64,000 bases of DNA from Dehalococcoidia bacterium (lineage in GTDB: Bacteria > Chloroflexota > Dehalococcoidia > UBA6926), in assembly GCA_965247995.1 (NCBI GenBank), contig OZ252041.1, positions 811,912 to 875,911 on the forward strand. The letters run 5' to 3'. This document shows positions 26,641 through 36,075 of the stretch, one piece after another. A program made the position numbers and the translations under genes. The stretch's first letter is position 1. The number at the start of each line of letters is the position of its first letter. Under the pieces are notes generated by a model that worked only from the letters and a program-made list of their open reading frames with translations, made no database searches and was not told the DNA's origin.

Positions 26641-27396
26641 ATGGCGCAGTCGTTTCCTCGAAGACCGAACCGTCCAAATGGAGCGCGTCGCCCGGGGCGG
26701 TCGTTTCCGGCGGGGCCCGACGGTGCTCTGGACCTTAAAGCGGTCCTAGCGGAGGCTGAGTTCCGGGTATTCGGGCTTGACGGGCCGGCAGTCGGCCTCC
26801 AACTCCGCGGACTGGGTTGGGGCGGCGCGCCGTCGCAACCGATAAAACACATGTCGTTCACGTACCGAGGGATGGGCCGGGACCGTCTCATGGTGCAGGT
26901 ATCTGTTGAGTCTTCGCGCTCACGCCTGGGTGAGCCTCCATCCGTGCGTGATGCGCGAGAGTTACAAGCGATTCACAGCATCGTCTCCGAAACCAGCGCG
27001 GTTCCGCGTCTGATCGATCAGCTTCCAGCTGGGAAACGATGTCCCATGTTCATAGATCTGACACCAGCTTTGAAGGAGGCGGTACAGGCCAGGTTCTCCA
27101 AGTGGACTAATGCGATAGAGTCCGCCGATCGTCCGCCACTCGATTTCGTTCTGGATGGAGAGTCGGTGGTCGTCCGAACGGCCGAGTGGCCTGACGACGA
27201 CATCAGGTCCGCCACGATCTCGCTCGAGCAGGAAATCGTGGCGCTCGCGGGCTCTGGCCTCGCCGAGGACGGTTGGAGAGCGATCGTCGCCGGTCTGACT
27301 CCGTTGCGAGGCGATGCGGATGTTCTTGCGTGGCACCAGAGCGAACTGAACCGACTGAACGAGGAAGCTCAGACGCATCGACGGGACGAGCACTAA
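26641..27396 (+). CDS. Hypothetical protein
   Basis: 251-aa ORF starting MAQSF; FRVFGLDG segment and C-terminal WRAIVAGLTPL. Confidence 0.55.
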   Translation: MAQSFPRRPNRPNGARRPGRSFPAGPDGALDLKAVLAEAEFRVFGLDGPAVGLQLRGLGWGGAPSQPIKHMSFTYRGMGRDRLMVQVSVESSRSRLGEPPSVRDARELQAIHSIVSETSAVPRLIDQLPAGKRCPMFIDLTPALKEAVQARFSKWTNAIESADRPPLDFVLDGESVVVRTAEWPDDDIRSATISLEQEIVALAGSGLAEDGWRAIVAGLTPLRGDADVLAWHQSELNRLNEEAQTHRRDEH

Positions 27397-27505
27397 GGAC
27401 GGAAAACCACGCCTGCGGGCCGCGTTGAGGAGAAACTCCTCTGCAGGTACGTTGGTTACGTCGGTCGGTAGTGGCTACGCCAAGGGCGACCGTTGACCTG
27501 AAGGT

Positions 27506-27802
27506 TCATACGGGACCGAGTGTGGCGAACTCCTGGACCTTGAGGGATCTGGCCCGGCCGCGGGCCTGCCAGAGGTCGTACGCCATCTGCATGCGGAGCC
27601 ACGTTTCTGGTGTAGAGCCGAACGCTTTCGAGAGGCGGAAGGCCATGTCCACCGATACGCCCGCTCTGGCATTCACGAGGTCGGACAGGGCTTGACGTGT
27701 GATCCCCAGACCCGCCGCCGCCCGCGTGACGGTCAAGCCCAGGGGTCCTAGGCACTCCGACCTCACGATCTGCCCAGGGTGTGGAGGGTCCTGCATCGGC
27801 AT
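27506..27802 (-). CDS. higA: HigA family antitoxin
   Basis: PPHPGQIVR..GLTVT.AA..LGITRQALS..SVDMAFRLSKAFGSTPETWLRMQ; GAGG RBS. Confidence 0.92.
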   Translation of the reverse strand: MPMQDPPHPGQIVRSECLGPLGLTVTRAAAGLGITRQALSDLVNARAGVSVDMAFRLSKAFGSTPETWLRMQMAYDLWQARGRARSLKVQEFATLGPV

Positions 27803-27822
27803 CATCAAACCTCGCTTCATTC

Positions 27823-27930
27823 TCAATGGTAGTCGGCGTAGTCGACATCGGCGGCGTGTCCTTCCTCGAAACGAAAGTCACTCGTCAGTTCGCCGAGACC
27901 CACACGGCGAAGTGGCCCCCTCGAGTTTGG
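27823..27930 (-). pseudogene. higB: HigB toxin 3' remnant
   Basis: Reads GHFAVWVSAN*RVT / RFEEGHAADVDYADYH* with TGA at the conserved Trp and a 1-nt frameshift; 5' part absent. Confidence 0.8.
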
Positions 27931-27989
27931 ACGACTCAGGATTTTCCGAAAAGGCGTTTGCGGACTGGACGGCCCGCGCGGAGGTGGGC

Positions 27990-28025
27990 AAAAGAAGCCC
28001 CGCTCGGTTGAGCGGGGCCCTCTTT
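27990..28025 (-). terminator. Intrinsic terminator of the acyl-CoA synthetase gene
   Basis: GCCCCGCTC-ggtt-GAGCGGGGC stem (27997-28018) with an A-tract on the left and tcttt on the right. Confidence 0.75.
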
Positions 28026-28053
28026 GCGCCGGTGTTACGCCGGTCGTTGGCGG

Positions 28054-29622
28054 TTAGTCCTCGATGGGTTCGTCATATTCCTGACGGAGGTCTCGCTTGA
28101 GGACCTTGCCGAGGGGGTTCCGCGGCAGAGGCTCGCTGCGGAAGATAACCGACTCCGGCTTCTTGAAGCTGGCGAGGCTCTTGCGGCTGTACTCGATCAA
28201 CTCGTCCTCGGCGACGGGCTCTGCGCTGTTCTTGAGGACGACAATGGCGCGGACCCGCTCGCCCCATTCCTCGTCGGGGATGCCGATGATGGCGGCTTCG
28301 TCGACGGAGGGGTGGGACATGAGGACCTGCTCGACCTCTTCAGGGGAGATCATCTCGCCGGCGCGCTTGATGAAATCCTTGGCGCGGCCGGCGAGGAAGA
28401 TGTAGCCCTCCTCGTCGCGGTAGCCGAGGTCGCCAGTGAACAGCCAGCCGTTGCGGATGGTCTGGGCGGTCTCGGCCTCCTGCTGCCAGTAGCCCTTCAT
28501 GAGCTGCGAGCCACGGGCGACGATCTCACCGGTGTCGTTGGTCGAGACTTCGTCGCCATCCTCATCGACGATGCGGATCTCGACGCCCGCGAGCGGCTTG
28601 CCGATGGAACTGAGGCGGTCGAGCTTCTTGTCGATCTCCGCGGGCGTGCCCTCGAGAACGTGGTCTTCAGGCATGAGCGCGGTGATAGTCGCGGACGCTT
28701 CGGTCTGTCCGAAGGCATTGATAAAGCGGGTCCCGGGGAGGTCGTTGATGGCGCGCTTGATGACCTCTTTTGGCATGGGCGCGGCACCGTAGGTGAGGGT
28801 CTCGAGGCTGGAGATGTCGTAGTTGGGCCGCTCCGGGTGCTCGAGCAGGAGCTTGAGCATGGTCGGCACCATCATGGCGCGGGAGACCTTTTCGTCTTGG
28901 ACGAGCTTCATCCAGCCCTCGGCGTCGAACTGGCGCTGGACGACGACGGTGCGCCCGCCGAAGACGGCCGAGATGACGGCCTGCATGCCGGCGACGTGGT
29001 AGAGCGGGACGGTGAGGATGTTCTTTTCGATGTCGTCGGGGTCGAGGGGCGTGACGTTATTAAGGGAGTAGCTTCCGACGCTGTCGTAGGTGAGCATGAC
29101 GCCCTTTGGGAGGCCCGTGGTGCCGGCGGTGAACATCAGGATCGTGGTGTCTTGGTCGTCGACATCGGTGAAGATCTCGTCATCGGAGGCACCGGCGATG
29201 ACCGATTCGAACTCCTCCCAGCCGTCGGCCGACCCTTCGAGGGAGATATAGCGTTCGACCGTTCCGAGGGTGGGACGGAGCTCGTCGATGAGACCGAGGT
29301 ACCGGGCGCCGACGATGACGGCCTTGCACTCGGACGCGTTCACCATGTGCCTGATCTCTTCGGCGCGGCCACGGAAGCTGAGCGGGACGAAGATCGCACC
29401 CAGTTTGGCGCAGGCGAAGTAGGTCTCGATGACCTCGTTGGTGTTGACCTGCATGATGCCGACGCGGTCACCCTTGCCGACTCCCGATGCGGCGAGGGCG
29501 TTCCCGAGGCGGTTGGCCCGGGAGTTGAGGTCGGAGTAGGTAAGGCGTTTGTCCTCGAAAATGATCGCCTCTTTTTCGGGCGCGATCGTATTGGAGATCA
29601 TCAAGAATTCGGCTGTATTCAT
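28054..29622 (-). CDS. Long-chain fatty-acid--CoA ligase (AMP-binding)
   Basis: MFTAGTTGLPKG, PLYHVAG, FGQTE, WLFTGDLG, LPRNPLGKV; start MNTAEF after an AAGGGGG RBS. Confidence 0.93.
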   Translation of the reverse strand: MNTAEFLMISNTIAPEKEAIIFEDKRLTYSDLNSRANRLGNALAASGVGKGDRVGIMQVNTNEVIETYFACAKLGAIFVPLSFRGRAEEIRHMVNASECKAVIVGARYLGLIDELRPTLGTVERYISLEGSADGWEEFESVIAGASDDEIFTDVDDQDTTILMFTAGTTGLPKGVMLTYDSVGSYSLNNVTPLDPDDIEKNILTVPLYHVAGMQAVISAVFGGRTVVVQRQFDAEGWMKLVQDEKVSRAMMVPTMLKLLLEHPERPNYDISSLETLTYGAAPMPKEVIKRAINDLPGTRFINAFGQTEASATITALMPEDHVLEGTPAEIDKKLDRLSSIGKPLAGVEIRIVDEDGDEVSTNDTGEIVARGSQLMKGYWQQEAETAQTIRNGWLFTGDLGYRDEEGYIFLAGRAKDFIKRAGEMISPEEVEQVLMSHPSVDEAAIIGIPDEEWGERVRAIVVLKNSAEPVAEDELIEYSRKSLASFKKPESVIFRSEPLPRNPLGKVLKRDLRQEYDEPIED

Positions 29623-29753
29623 CCGGTGTGTACCCCCCTTAAACCAGTAGCAATTGAACCAGCGCCCCCGACGGGGGCGCACAACCGTGGATGGTAGCAA
29701 ACCCTGAACCCGGCGTCACAGGTAAGGGGGGTTGCAGGGGTCCGCGGGGGGCT

Positions 29754-30719
29754 TCAGGCCGAGAGGAGGGATGAGAGCGCGTGCATGAGCTCGTCGGCAG
29801 AGGCGTATCCCTCGAAGCGGGCGGCGATGCGGCCGCCGGGCTCGAGGACGAAGACCCACGATTCGTTGAGGTAGTCGTGGAGGTTGGTGAGGCCCCAGTC
29901 GACGGCTGGCGGGGAGTAGCGGCCCCGGGAGAGGTCGCCCTGGATCTCGTGGGGGTTGTCGTAGACCTCGATGTGGATGAAGTTCGCCGCCCCGGCGTGC
30001 TCCACCGCCAAGGAGGAGACGGTCTCCACCTGCGGGCCGCAGGTCGGGCTGGAGCAGAGGGACGGGGACGCGAACACGAGCACGGTGGGCAGGCCGTTCG
30101 TGACGGCTTGGTCGACGGTGAGTTGGTAGAGCGCGGGGTCGGGATTCGAGCCGGTGGTGAGCATGGATAGGGAATCGACCGTGGCGCTGGTCTTGTTGGC
30201 GGTTGGGGGTGCGGTGTCGCCAACGAACGGCGTGGTGGTCTTGGGCGCGATCGCGACGGGGATCCCGACGGCGAGTTGGCCGAGGTCAGGGTCGTCGACG
30301 GCTGCACGCACGACCCATTGGCCGGTTTCCGGGAAGTCGAGCTCGGCGACGTAGTTCCCGCGGGTGCCGTAGGGCCAGAGGTGGAAACCAGCGGCGGCGG
30401 AATCCGCGGGCGTGGTGGCCATCGACCCATCGGGCGCGACGGGATAGGCGTTGATCGAGACTTCCGGGACGGTGATCAGCGACTCGGGTGTGAGGAGGAG
30501 GAACGAGAAGCGGTTGGGGCCAGGGCCGAGATCGGTGGTGGCGAGGATGGCCTCCAACCCGCCGATTGACTCGATGGTTGGCGCTGGAGCTTTGGGAACG
30601 GGCGGCTCGGGGTCGGACGTGGTCGTGGTCACCGAGACGGAGCAAGCCGCGACGATGATGACGGCGGCCGCGAACGCGAGCCCGCGTACGAGGGCCCGTG
30701 TGAGGCGTAGGTAGGTCAT
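29754..30719 (-). CDS. Lipoprotein with C-terminal thioredoxin-like domain
   Basis: Lipobox VAAC; VFASPSLCSSPTCGP, FIHIEVY, ESWVFV. Confidence 0.75.
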   Translation of the reverse strand: MTYLRLTRALVRGLAFAAAVIIVAACSVSVTTTTSDPEPPVPKAPAPTIESIGGLEAILATTDLGPGPNRFSFLLLTPESLITVPEVSINAYPVAPDGSMATTPADSAAAGFHLWPYGTRGNYVAELDFPETGQWVVRAAVDDPDLGQLAVGIPVAIAPKTTTPFVGDTAPPTANKTSATVDSLSMLTTGSNPDPALYQLTVDQAVTNGLPTVLVFASPSLCSSPTCGPQVETVSSLAVEHAGAANFIHIEVYDNPHEIQGDLSRGRYSPPAVDWGLTNLHDYLNESWVFVLEPGGRIAARFEGYASADELMHALSSLLSA

Positions 30720-32047
30720 GGGCCGGTGTCGTAGGAGCCGAAGGTGAAGGCGAACACGCTAAAGCGGTCTGAGTTGGCGCTGAGCTTCAGTTCGTGACCA
30801 CCGTACTCGGGGGCTTCAACGAGGCGGTACATCCGGGGGGAGTCGATGGTGACGATGGTGCGTCCCTCCGGGTCGAGCTCGACGTCCGCACCCCATAGTG
30901 CCTGTGGGATTGGGGCATCGTCCAGCGTGACGAGCATGGGGAAGGGTCCGGTGGCCTGGTCGAAGTCGATGACGACGTTCGCGCTGCGGCCGTTGAATCT
31001 GAGGGCGACGTAGTCCTCGAAGTTCTTGGTGGTGCGGCCATGTGTGACGCTCTCCACGCCATTTATCCAACTGCCTTGGAGATAGAGGTGGTGGTTGCGG
31101 TGGTCCCCCGGGTCCCGGAAGGTGGTGATGGTGTCCGGAGTGGGGATCACGTAGTAGGTGCTGTTGCCGATGTACGGGTCCGCAGTGGAGAAGTTCCGCC
31201 TGTACCCGGCGTAGAGCTCGCGAGTCTGGCCGGTGTCGTTGGAGCGGAAAGCGAGGGGGTCAAGCTCGGGCACTTGGTTCCTGCTCGAGGCGATCAGGTC
31301 GACGGATGAACCTGATTCGGCGAGGAGGTCCCGGATCACCTGCTCCGTCTCGTCGTATGCGCCCTCACCGAAGTGGGTGTATCGGATGATTCCGGTGTGG
31401 TCGATGAGGTACTTGGCGGGCCAGAACCGGTTCCGGTAGGCGTTCCAGGTGGCCATCTGATTGTCTTGGATGATCGGGTATTGGAGGTCGTGGCGCTCGA
31501 CGGCGTCCCTGACGTTATCGAGGTTCTTTTCGAACACGAACTCCGGCGCGTGGATGCCGAGGATGACCAGGCCCTGGTCCGCGTACTTGTCGTGCCACTC
31601 CTTGATGTAGGGAAGGGTCCTGAGGCAGTTGACGCAGGTGTAGGTCCAGAAGTCGATGAGCACGATGTTGCCCTGGAGGCTGGAGAGGGTGATGGGCTCG
31701 GTGTTGATCCAGCCGGTGGGGCTGACGATGGGAGGCGCGGCGGAGCCGATGAGCACACTGTCGTCACGGGACGCTGGCGCCGGGAGTGTTGGCGTGGGGT
31801 CGCCGCTTACTTGAGGGAGGGTCGTATCGGCGGCGGTGTCCGACTGGAGGGCCGAAGAGGGACGGGTATCTGAGGCATCCCCGGACGATGAGTCGGCGGC
31901 TGGAGCGCACGCCGCTGCAGCGAGGATGATGGCCGCGGTGATGGCAATGGCGGCGTTCCGGAGAAGGTTGGCGGGGAGGTTCATAGAAGTAGTCATCATG
32001 CCGGTGATACGCGGGAGGTCTTGGTGTGGTTTCACCCCAGCGGTCAT
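30716..32047 (-). CDS. Redoxin lipoprotein (DipZ C-terminal-like thioredoxin plus beta domain)
   Basis: IDFWTYTCVNC, GIHAPEF, NRFWPAKYLID, HFGEG.Y, FAFTFG. Confidence 0.88.
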   Translation of the reverse strand: MTAGVKPHQDLPRITGMMTTSMNLPANLLRNAAIAITAAIILAAAACAPAADSSSGDASDTRPSSALQSDTAADTTLPQVSGDPTPTLPAPASRDDSVLIGSAAPPIVSPTGWINTEPITLSSLQGNIVLIDFWTYTCVNCLRTLPYIKEWHDKYADQGLVILGIHAPEFVFEKNLDNVRDAVERHDLQYPIIQDNQMATWNAYRNRFWPAKYLIDHTGIIRYTHFGEGAYDETEQVIRDLLAESGSSVDLIASSRNQVPELDPLAFRSNDTGQTRELYAGYRRNFSTADPYIGNSTYYVIPTPDTITTFRDPGDHRNHHLYLQGSWINGVESVTHGRTTKNFEDYVALRFNGRSANVVIDFDQATGPFPMLVTLDDAPIPQALWGADVELDPEGRTIVTIDSPRMYRLVEAPEYGGHELKLSANSDRFSVFAFTFGSYDTGP

Positions 32048-33051
32048 GGGACCGTGGTGGTGGTTAGGGCGGTGATGCCGGCGGCGCGCCAGGTGTCGTA
32101 GGCAGCCTGGAGTTCCTTCCAGGTGGGGCTGTCACGGGTGGCGCTCCGTGAGACTTTGAGGCCCGCGGCGGCCGATGCCCAGATGGCCGCGTCGGGAAGA
32201 TCGAGGCCACGCGTCCGCATGGCGACAAGCGCACCGAGGAAGGAATCTCCACCGCCGACGGTGTTGTCGACGGTCAGGCCGAGTAGGCCAAGGGGTAGCA
32301 CAGGGACGCGGGTCATGCGTCGGCCGCCCTGGTCGAGGACAACGGCCCCCTGGGAGCCCAGCTTCAAGACGACGGCGCAGCGCCACGCATGGTGGGCGAT
32401 CAGGGCAGTCAAGTCGGCGGGGTTGGGGGTGGCACCGAACAGGGTCTGCGCCTCGATCTCGTTTAGCACGAGGACGTCGACGTCGGCGGCGATGTCCATG
32501 ACGGCCTCGGAGTCCTGGGCGATGGCGACTCCTGGGTCCCAGAACACCTCCGAGTTGGCGGTCCGTGCGCGGGCCAGCAGCGCTCGTGCGACGGGGAGGG
32601 GCGGATCGGTGACGGCGTAGAAGCGTGCTCCCTCGAGCCAACGAGGAGCCTCGGGACCCTCGACGTGGTGAGGCCCAAGCGCGGTGTTCGCACCCAGGAC
32701 GCTGGCGATCACGTTCTGGCCGGTACGGGAGTCGACAGTGATGAACGCGTGGCCGGAGTCGATACCGGGCACGACGACGAGGCCGCCCGTGACGATGCCT
32801 TCCTGATCGAGGAGTCCGCGCTGGGTCGACCCGACATCGTCGTCTCCGATTGCACCGACGAACCCGACTTGACCGGGGCCGAGCAGGCGCGCGGCGGCGA
32901 CGGCGACGTTGGCCCCGGTGCCGCCGGGGACTCGCGCGACCTGCGTGACGGTGACCTCTTCACCGGGCACGGGGAGGTGATCGGCGAAGAGCGTGATGTC
33001 CCAGTTAATGGCGCCGCAGACGACGACTGGGGCGCCGGTATTGGTGGCCAT
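32044..33051 (-). CDS. PfkB family carbohydrate kinase (ribokinase-like)
   Basis: PGGTGANVAVA, NEIEA, DNTVGGGDSF. Confidence 0.88.
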   Translation of the reverse strand: MATNTGAPVVVCGAINWDITLFADHLPVPGEEVTVTQVARVPGGTGANVAVAAARLLGPGQVGFVGAIGDDDVGSTQRGLLDQEGIVTGGLVVVPGIDSGHAFITVDSRTGQNVIASVLGANTALGPHHVEGPEAPRWLEGARFYAVTDPPLPVARALLARARTANSEVFWDPGVAIAQDSEAVMDIAADVDVLVLNEIEAQTLFGATPNPADLTALIAHHAWRCAVVLKLGSQGAVVLDQGGRRMTRVPVLPLGLLGLTVDNTVGGGDSFLGALVAMRTRGLDLPDAAIWASAAAGLKVSRSATRDSPTWKELQAAYDTWRAAGITALTTTTVP

Positions 33052-33060
33052 TGTTGGGTG

Positions 33061-34011
33061 CTAGGAGGCCGAGTTCGTCAGCCTTGTGATGAACAGGTCC
33101 TTGAAGTCGGGGTCGGCGACAGCGGTGGCGATTGAGATCGTGGCCGCAGGGTCGCCGCCTTCTGCGGCTGGCCGCCGGTCGGCGATGGTCTGGCCGCGGG
33201 TCGAGCCTTCGGAAAGGACGACTTCGACCGGCAGGTCGATCGTCTCGATCAATCCCGGTTGGGCGATCGTTGCGATGGTGAGGGGGTCGTGTAGCTGCAC
33301 GCGGTCGCGGCGGGCGAGTCCGAACCGGGTCACCTCGGCGGCGAGGCGGCCTGCGGGGTCGGACGTCTGGGTGAGCGGGGCGTGGAGTTCCGGGGTGAGT
33401 ATCGAGCCGGGGGACGTGGTGACATCGAGGCCAACGGCGGTTACTCGCGCGCCGGAGCGGAAGACGATGTCCGCGGCCTCCGGATCGGCCCAGACATTGA
33501 ACTCGGAGACGGATGTCACATTGCCGTGTCCGTAGGGAGTGAGGGCGAATGCGCCGCCCATGATGACGACGTTTTCGAGACGTCCGGCGAGATCGGGGGC
33601 AGCCAGGAACGCGGCGGCGACGTTGGTTAACGGGCCGACCGCGGCGAGGACGATGTCGCCGGGTGGGTGGGCGCGGACGGTGCTGGTGATGAACTCGACG
33701 GCGGTGGCGTCGATGGTTGAGAGCCGGGAGGGTTGGGGCAGGCTGGTTTCACCCATTCCGTCCGCGCCGTGGATGTGAAGCGCAGGGGTGAGCGTTCGGA
33801 CCAGGGGCCGGTCTGCGCCGCGGGCGACGGGCATGTCATTGACATCCAGCGCTTCGAGGAGGCGCAGGGCGTTCGCGGTGGTGAGTTCGATCGGGGCGTT
33901 ACCGGCGACTGTGGTGATGCCGATGAGTTCGATCTCGGGAGACCGGAGGGCGAGTAAGAGGGCGAGGGCGTCGTCGACACCGGGGTCGGTATCGAAGATG
34001 ACTTTGGTCAT
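33061..34011 (-). CDS. Inosine/uridine-preferring nucleoside hydrolase
   Basis: DTDPGVDDA, HGADGMG, GPLTN, EFNVWADPEAA, LHDP. Confidence 0.93.
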   Translation of the reverse strand: MTKVIFDTDPGVDDALALLLALRSPEIELIGITTVAGNAPIELTTANALRLLEALDVNDMPVARGADRPLVRTLTPALHIHGADGMGETSLPQPSRLSTIDATAVEFITSTVRAHPPGDIVLAAVGPLTNVAAAFLAAPDLAGRLENVVIMGGAFALTPYGHGNVTSVSEFNVWADPEAADIVFRSGARVTAVGLDVTTSPGSILTPELHAPLTQTSDPAGRLAAEVTRFGLARRDRVQLHDPLTIATIAQPGLIETIDLPVEVVLSEGSTRGQTIADRRPAAEGGDPAATISIATAVADPDFKDLFITRLTNSAS

Positions 34012-34446
34012 TGGTTGTGACTCCCTGGCTGATTGCGGTGGCGAGGGCGGTCATAGCATGCCACGGTGGGCCCGAGGGCCAGGATACGGGAGTGGGCAAG
34101 GTGGAGCGCGGTCAGGAAGGGGGCGTTCGAGCGTGGTAGGTGGGTGGTCTTTCCCGATCCGCAGCGGGTGGGCCGGAGTGATGGGTCGTTTGTGGCACAT
34201 CGTGAGATCATGGCGGGCGATGCCCGTGGGAGAGCGTGCGCTGGAGTTCCGAGAACCGGGGAGCGCGTGCGCAGGCCCGCGTGACGGTCGAATTGGGAGC
34301 GGTTCGTGCGAGACCGGTGGCACTTGCGTGGCTAGGCGTCAGGCACCAGAACCGCCGACGGACCGATTCGGCGTTCGCATTGGATCGGGGAGATCGCAGA
34401 TGCGGTCCAGGCCCTCAGCGGTCTGCCGGCGCTTGCGTTTGTCGCG

Positions 34447-36027
34447 TTGATCCGATCCTTCCGGAACCTGTTCTGGTGGTTGTTCGTCCGGTTGCTTGTC
34501 GTGGCCGTGTTGTTGACCGGCATCCTCACGGTATACCACCGGGGGACTGGCACACCCTTCGGGTCCGCGTTTCGGATGACGACCGACGATTACCGTCTGG
34601 TGATGACCTGCCCAAGGGATACAGAAACCATCTTGGACTTCGTGCTCCGGTCGCCCCCTGCAGAGGATTCCCCGCCTATGCCAGTCCAGTACGGCGATGA
34701 CTGGGCGAGACGATTGTGCGACGGGGAGATCGCCTTGACCGAGGAGTTTGGGAGCGTCTGGTCACCGCAATCCGAGGCCGACCGTTTCAAGGGCTCTGCA
34801 TCAACGGCCATGGCAACATCCACACCGCCGCGCCCAGGCGTTGCTGCGGGTCCGCCGACAGGCTCGGAACGGACCGCGTCGCCCACGCCTGTGGCTCCAT
34901 CCGCCGTCACCGGTACGGACACCCCTGCTAGCACACCTCTTGTGCCGGTTCCACCACCAGACCTACCAAACGTCACCCCTACTGGCACACCGACTTCGCC
35001 GATTCCACCCCCAAACCTGCGATTCGTTGAACAGAAGCGCTTCATGCTCGAACTCATTAACGCCGAGCGTTCGGCGGTTGGGTTGTCTCCGGTTGTGCTG
35101 GGCGACAACGTTGCCGCGCAGCTACACGTTGAGGCGTCTCTGGAGAACTGCTCTGTCTCCCACTGGGGTATGGACGGGCTCAAACCGTATATGCGCTACA
35201 GCCTCGCCGGTGGTTACCAGACCAACGGGGAGAACGTGAGTGGGATCGACTACTGCATCAAGAGGTCCGACCGATACCAGCCCTTGGGCAGCATCGAGCG
35301 GGAGATACGCGAGACGATGGAAGGCTGGATGGACAGCCCGGGTCACCGTCGGACGATCCTGGACCCGTCGTACCGGAACGTCAACATTGGCCTCGCATGG
35401 GATTCCTACAACCTCATGGCGAACCAGCATTTCGAGGGCGACTACGTCGAATATGACCGGCTGCCCGCCATCAAAAACGGGGTTCTGACGATAACCGGAG
35501 TATCAAAGAACGGGGTGGTGTTTGCCGACGGCGAGGACCTGGGTGTGCAGATCTACTACGATCCGCCGCCGCACGCCCTCACCAGGGGACAAGTCTCGAG
35601 GACCTATTGCTATGACAGCGGTCGTTTAGTAGCCGCATTGCGCCCGTCTCTGCCGCCGGATTGGTTCTATCCAGAAGACGAGTTCACCGAGCGATACAGG
35701 GCCTGTCCCGATCCTTACGATGTTCCGGCGGACGCCCTTGCGCCACGCTCTCCGGATGAGGCGCACGAGTTCTGGCGGGCGGCATACCGCGCGAGCCAGA
35801 CGCTGGTCAGCCGGCCCATCTCGGTGCCTTGGATCACGGCGCGAGAATGGATCGCCGGAGGCGAGTTCTTCTCCGTGACCGTCGACTTGCGCCACGTGCT
35901 GGCGGAGCACGGCCCGGGGGTCTACTCGCTCATCGTCTGGGGCCGGACCGGCGGCGAAGACACGCCGATCTCAGAGTATTCCCTGTTCCACGACGCGGTC
36001 CCGCCAAACACGTACACGGCTGAATAG
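34447..36027 (+). CDS. Membrane-anchored CAP/SCP-domain protein with a Pro/Thr linker
   Basis: TM N-terminus; MLELINAER, GENV, WMDSPGHRRTIL. Confidence 0.8.
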   Translation: MIRSFRNLFWWLFVRLLVVAVLLTGILTVYHRGTGTPFGSAFRMTTDDYRLVMTCPRDTETILDFVLRSPPAEDSPPMPVQYGDDWARRLCDGEIALTEEFGSVWSPQSEADRFKGSASTAMATSTPPRPGVAAGPPTGSERTASPTPVAPSAVTGTDTPASTPLVPVPPPDLPNVTPTGTPTSPIPPPNLRFVEQKRFMLELINAERSAVGLSPVVLGDNVAAQLHVEASLENCSVSHWGMDGLKPYMRYSLAGGYQTNGENVSGIDYCIKRSDRYQPLGSIEREIRETMEGWMDSPGHRRTILDPSYRNVNIGLAWDSYNLMANQHFEGDYVEYDRLPAIKNGVLTITGVSKNGVVFADGEDLGVQIYYDPPPHALTRGQVSRTYCYDSGRLVAALRPSLPPDWFYPEDEFTERYRACPDPYDVPADALAPRSPDEAHEFWRAAYRASQTLVSRPISVPWITAREWIAGGEFFSVTVDLRHVLAEHGPGVYSLIVWGRTGGEDTPISEYSLFHDAVPPNTYTAE

Positions 36028-36075
36028 ACGTGGCCTCGGCTCCTGTTGAGGAGGGGGTGTGGCGGGAAGGAGTGG

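Noticed and set aside
27823-27930. In-frame TGA in higB as selenocysteine (selA is present)
   Set aside because: It aligns to the conserved Trp of SxNWR and comes with a frameshift, which indicates decay.
34012-34446. 435-bp intergenic region as an ncRNA
   Set aside because: I recognised no tRNA, riboswitch or repeat; it is a divergent promoter region.
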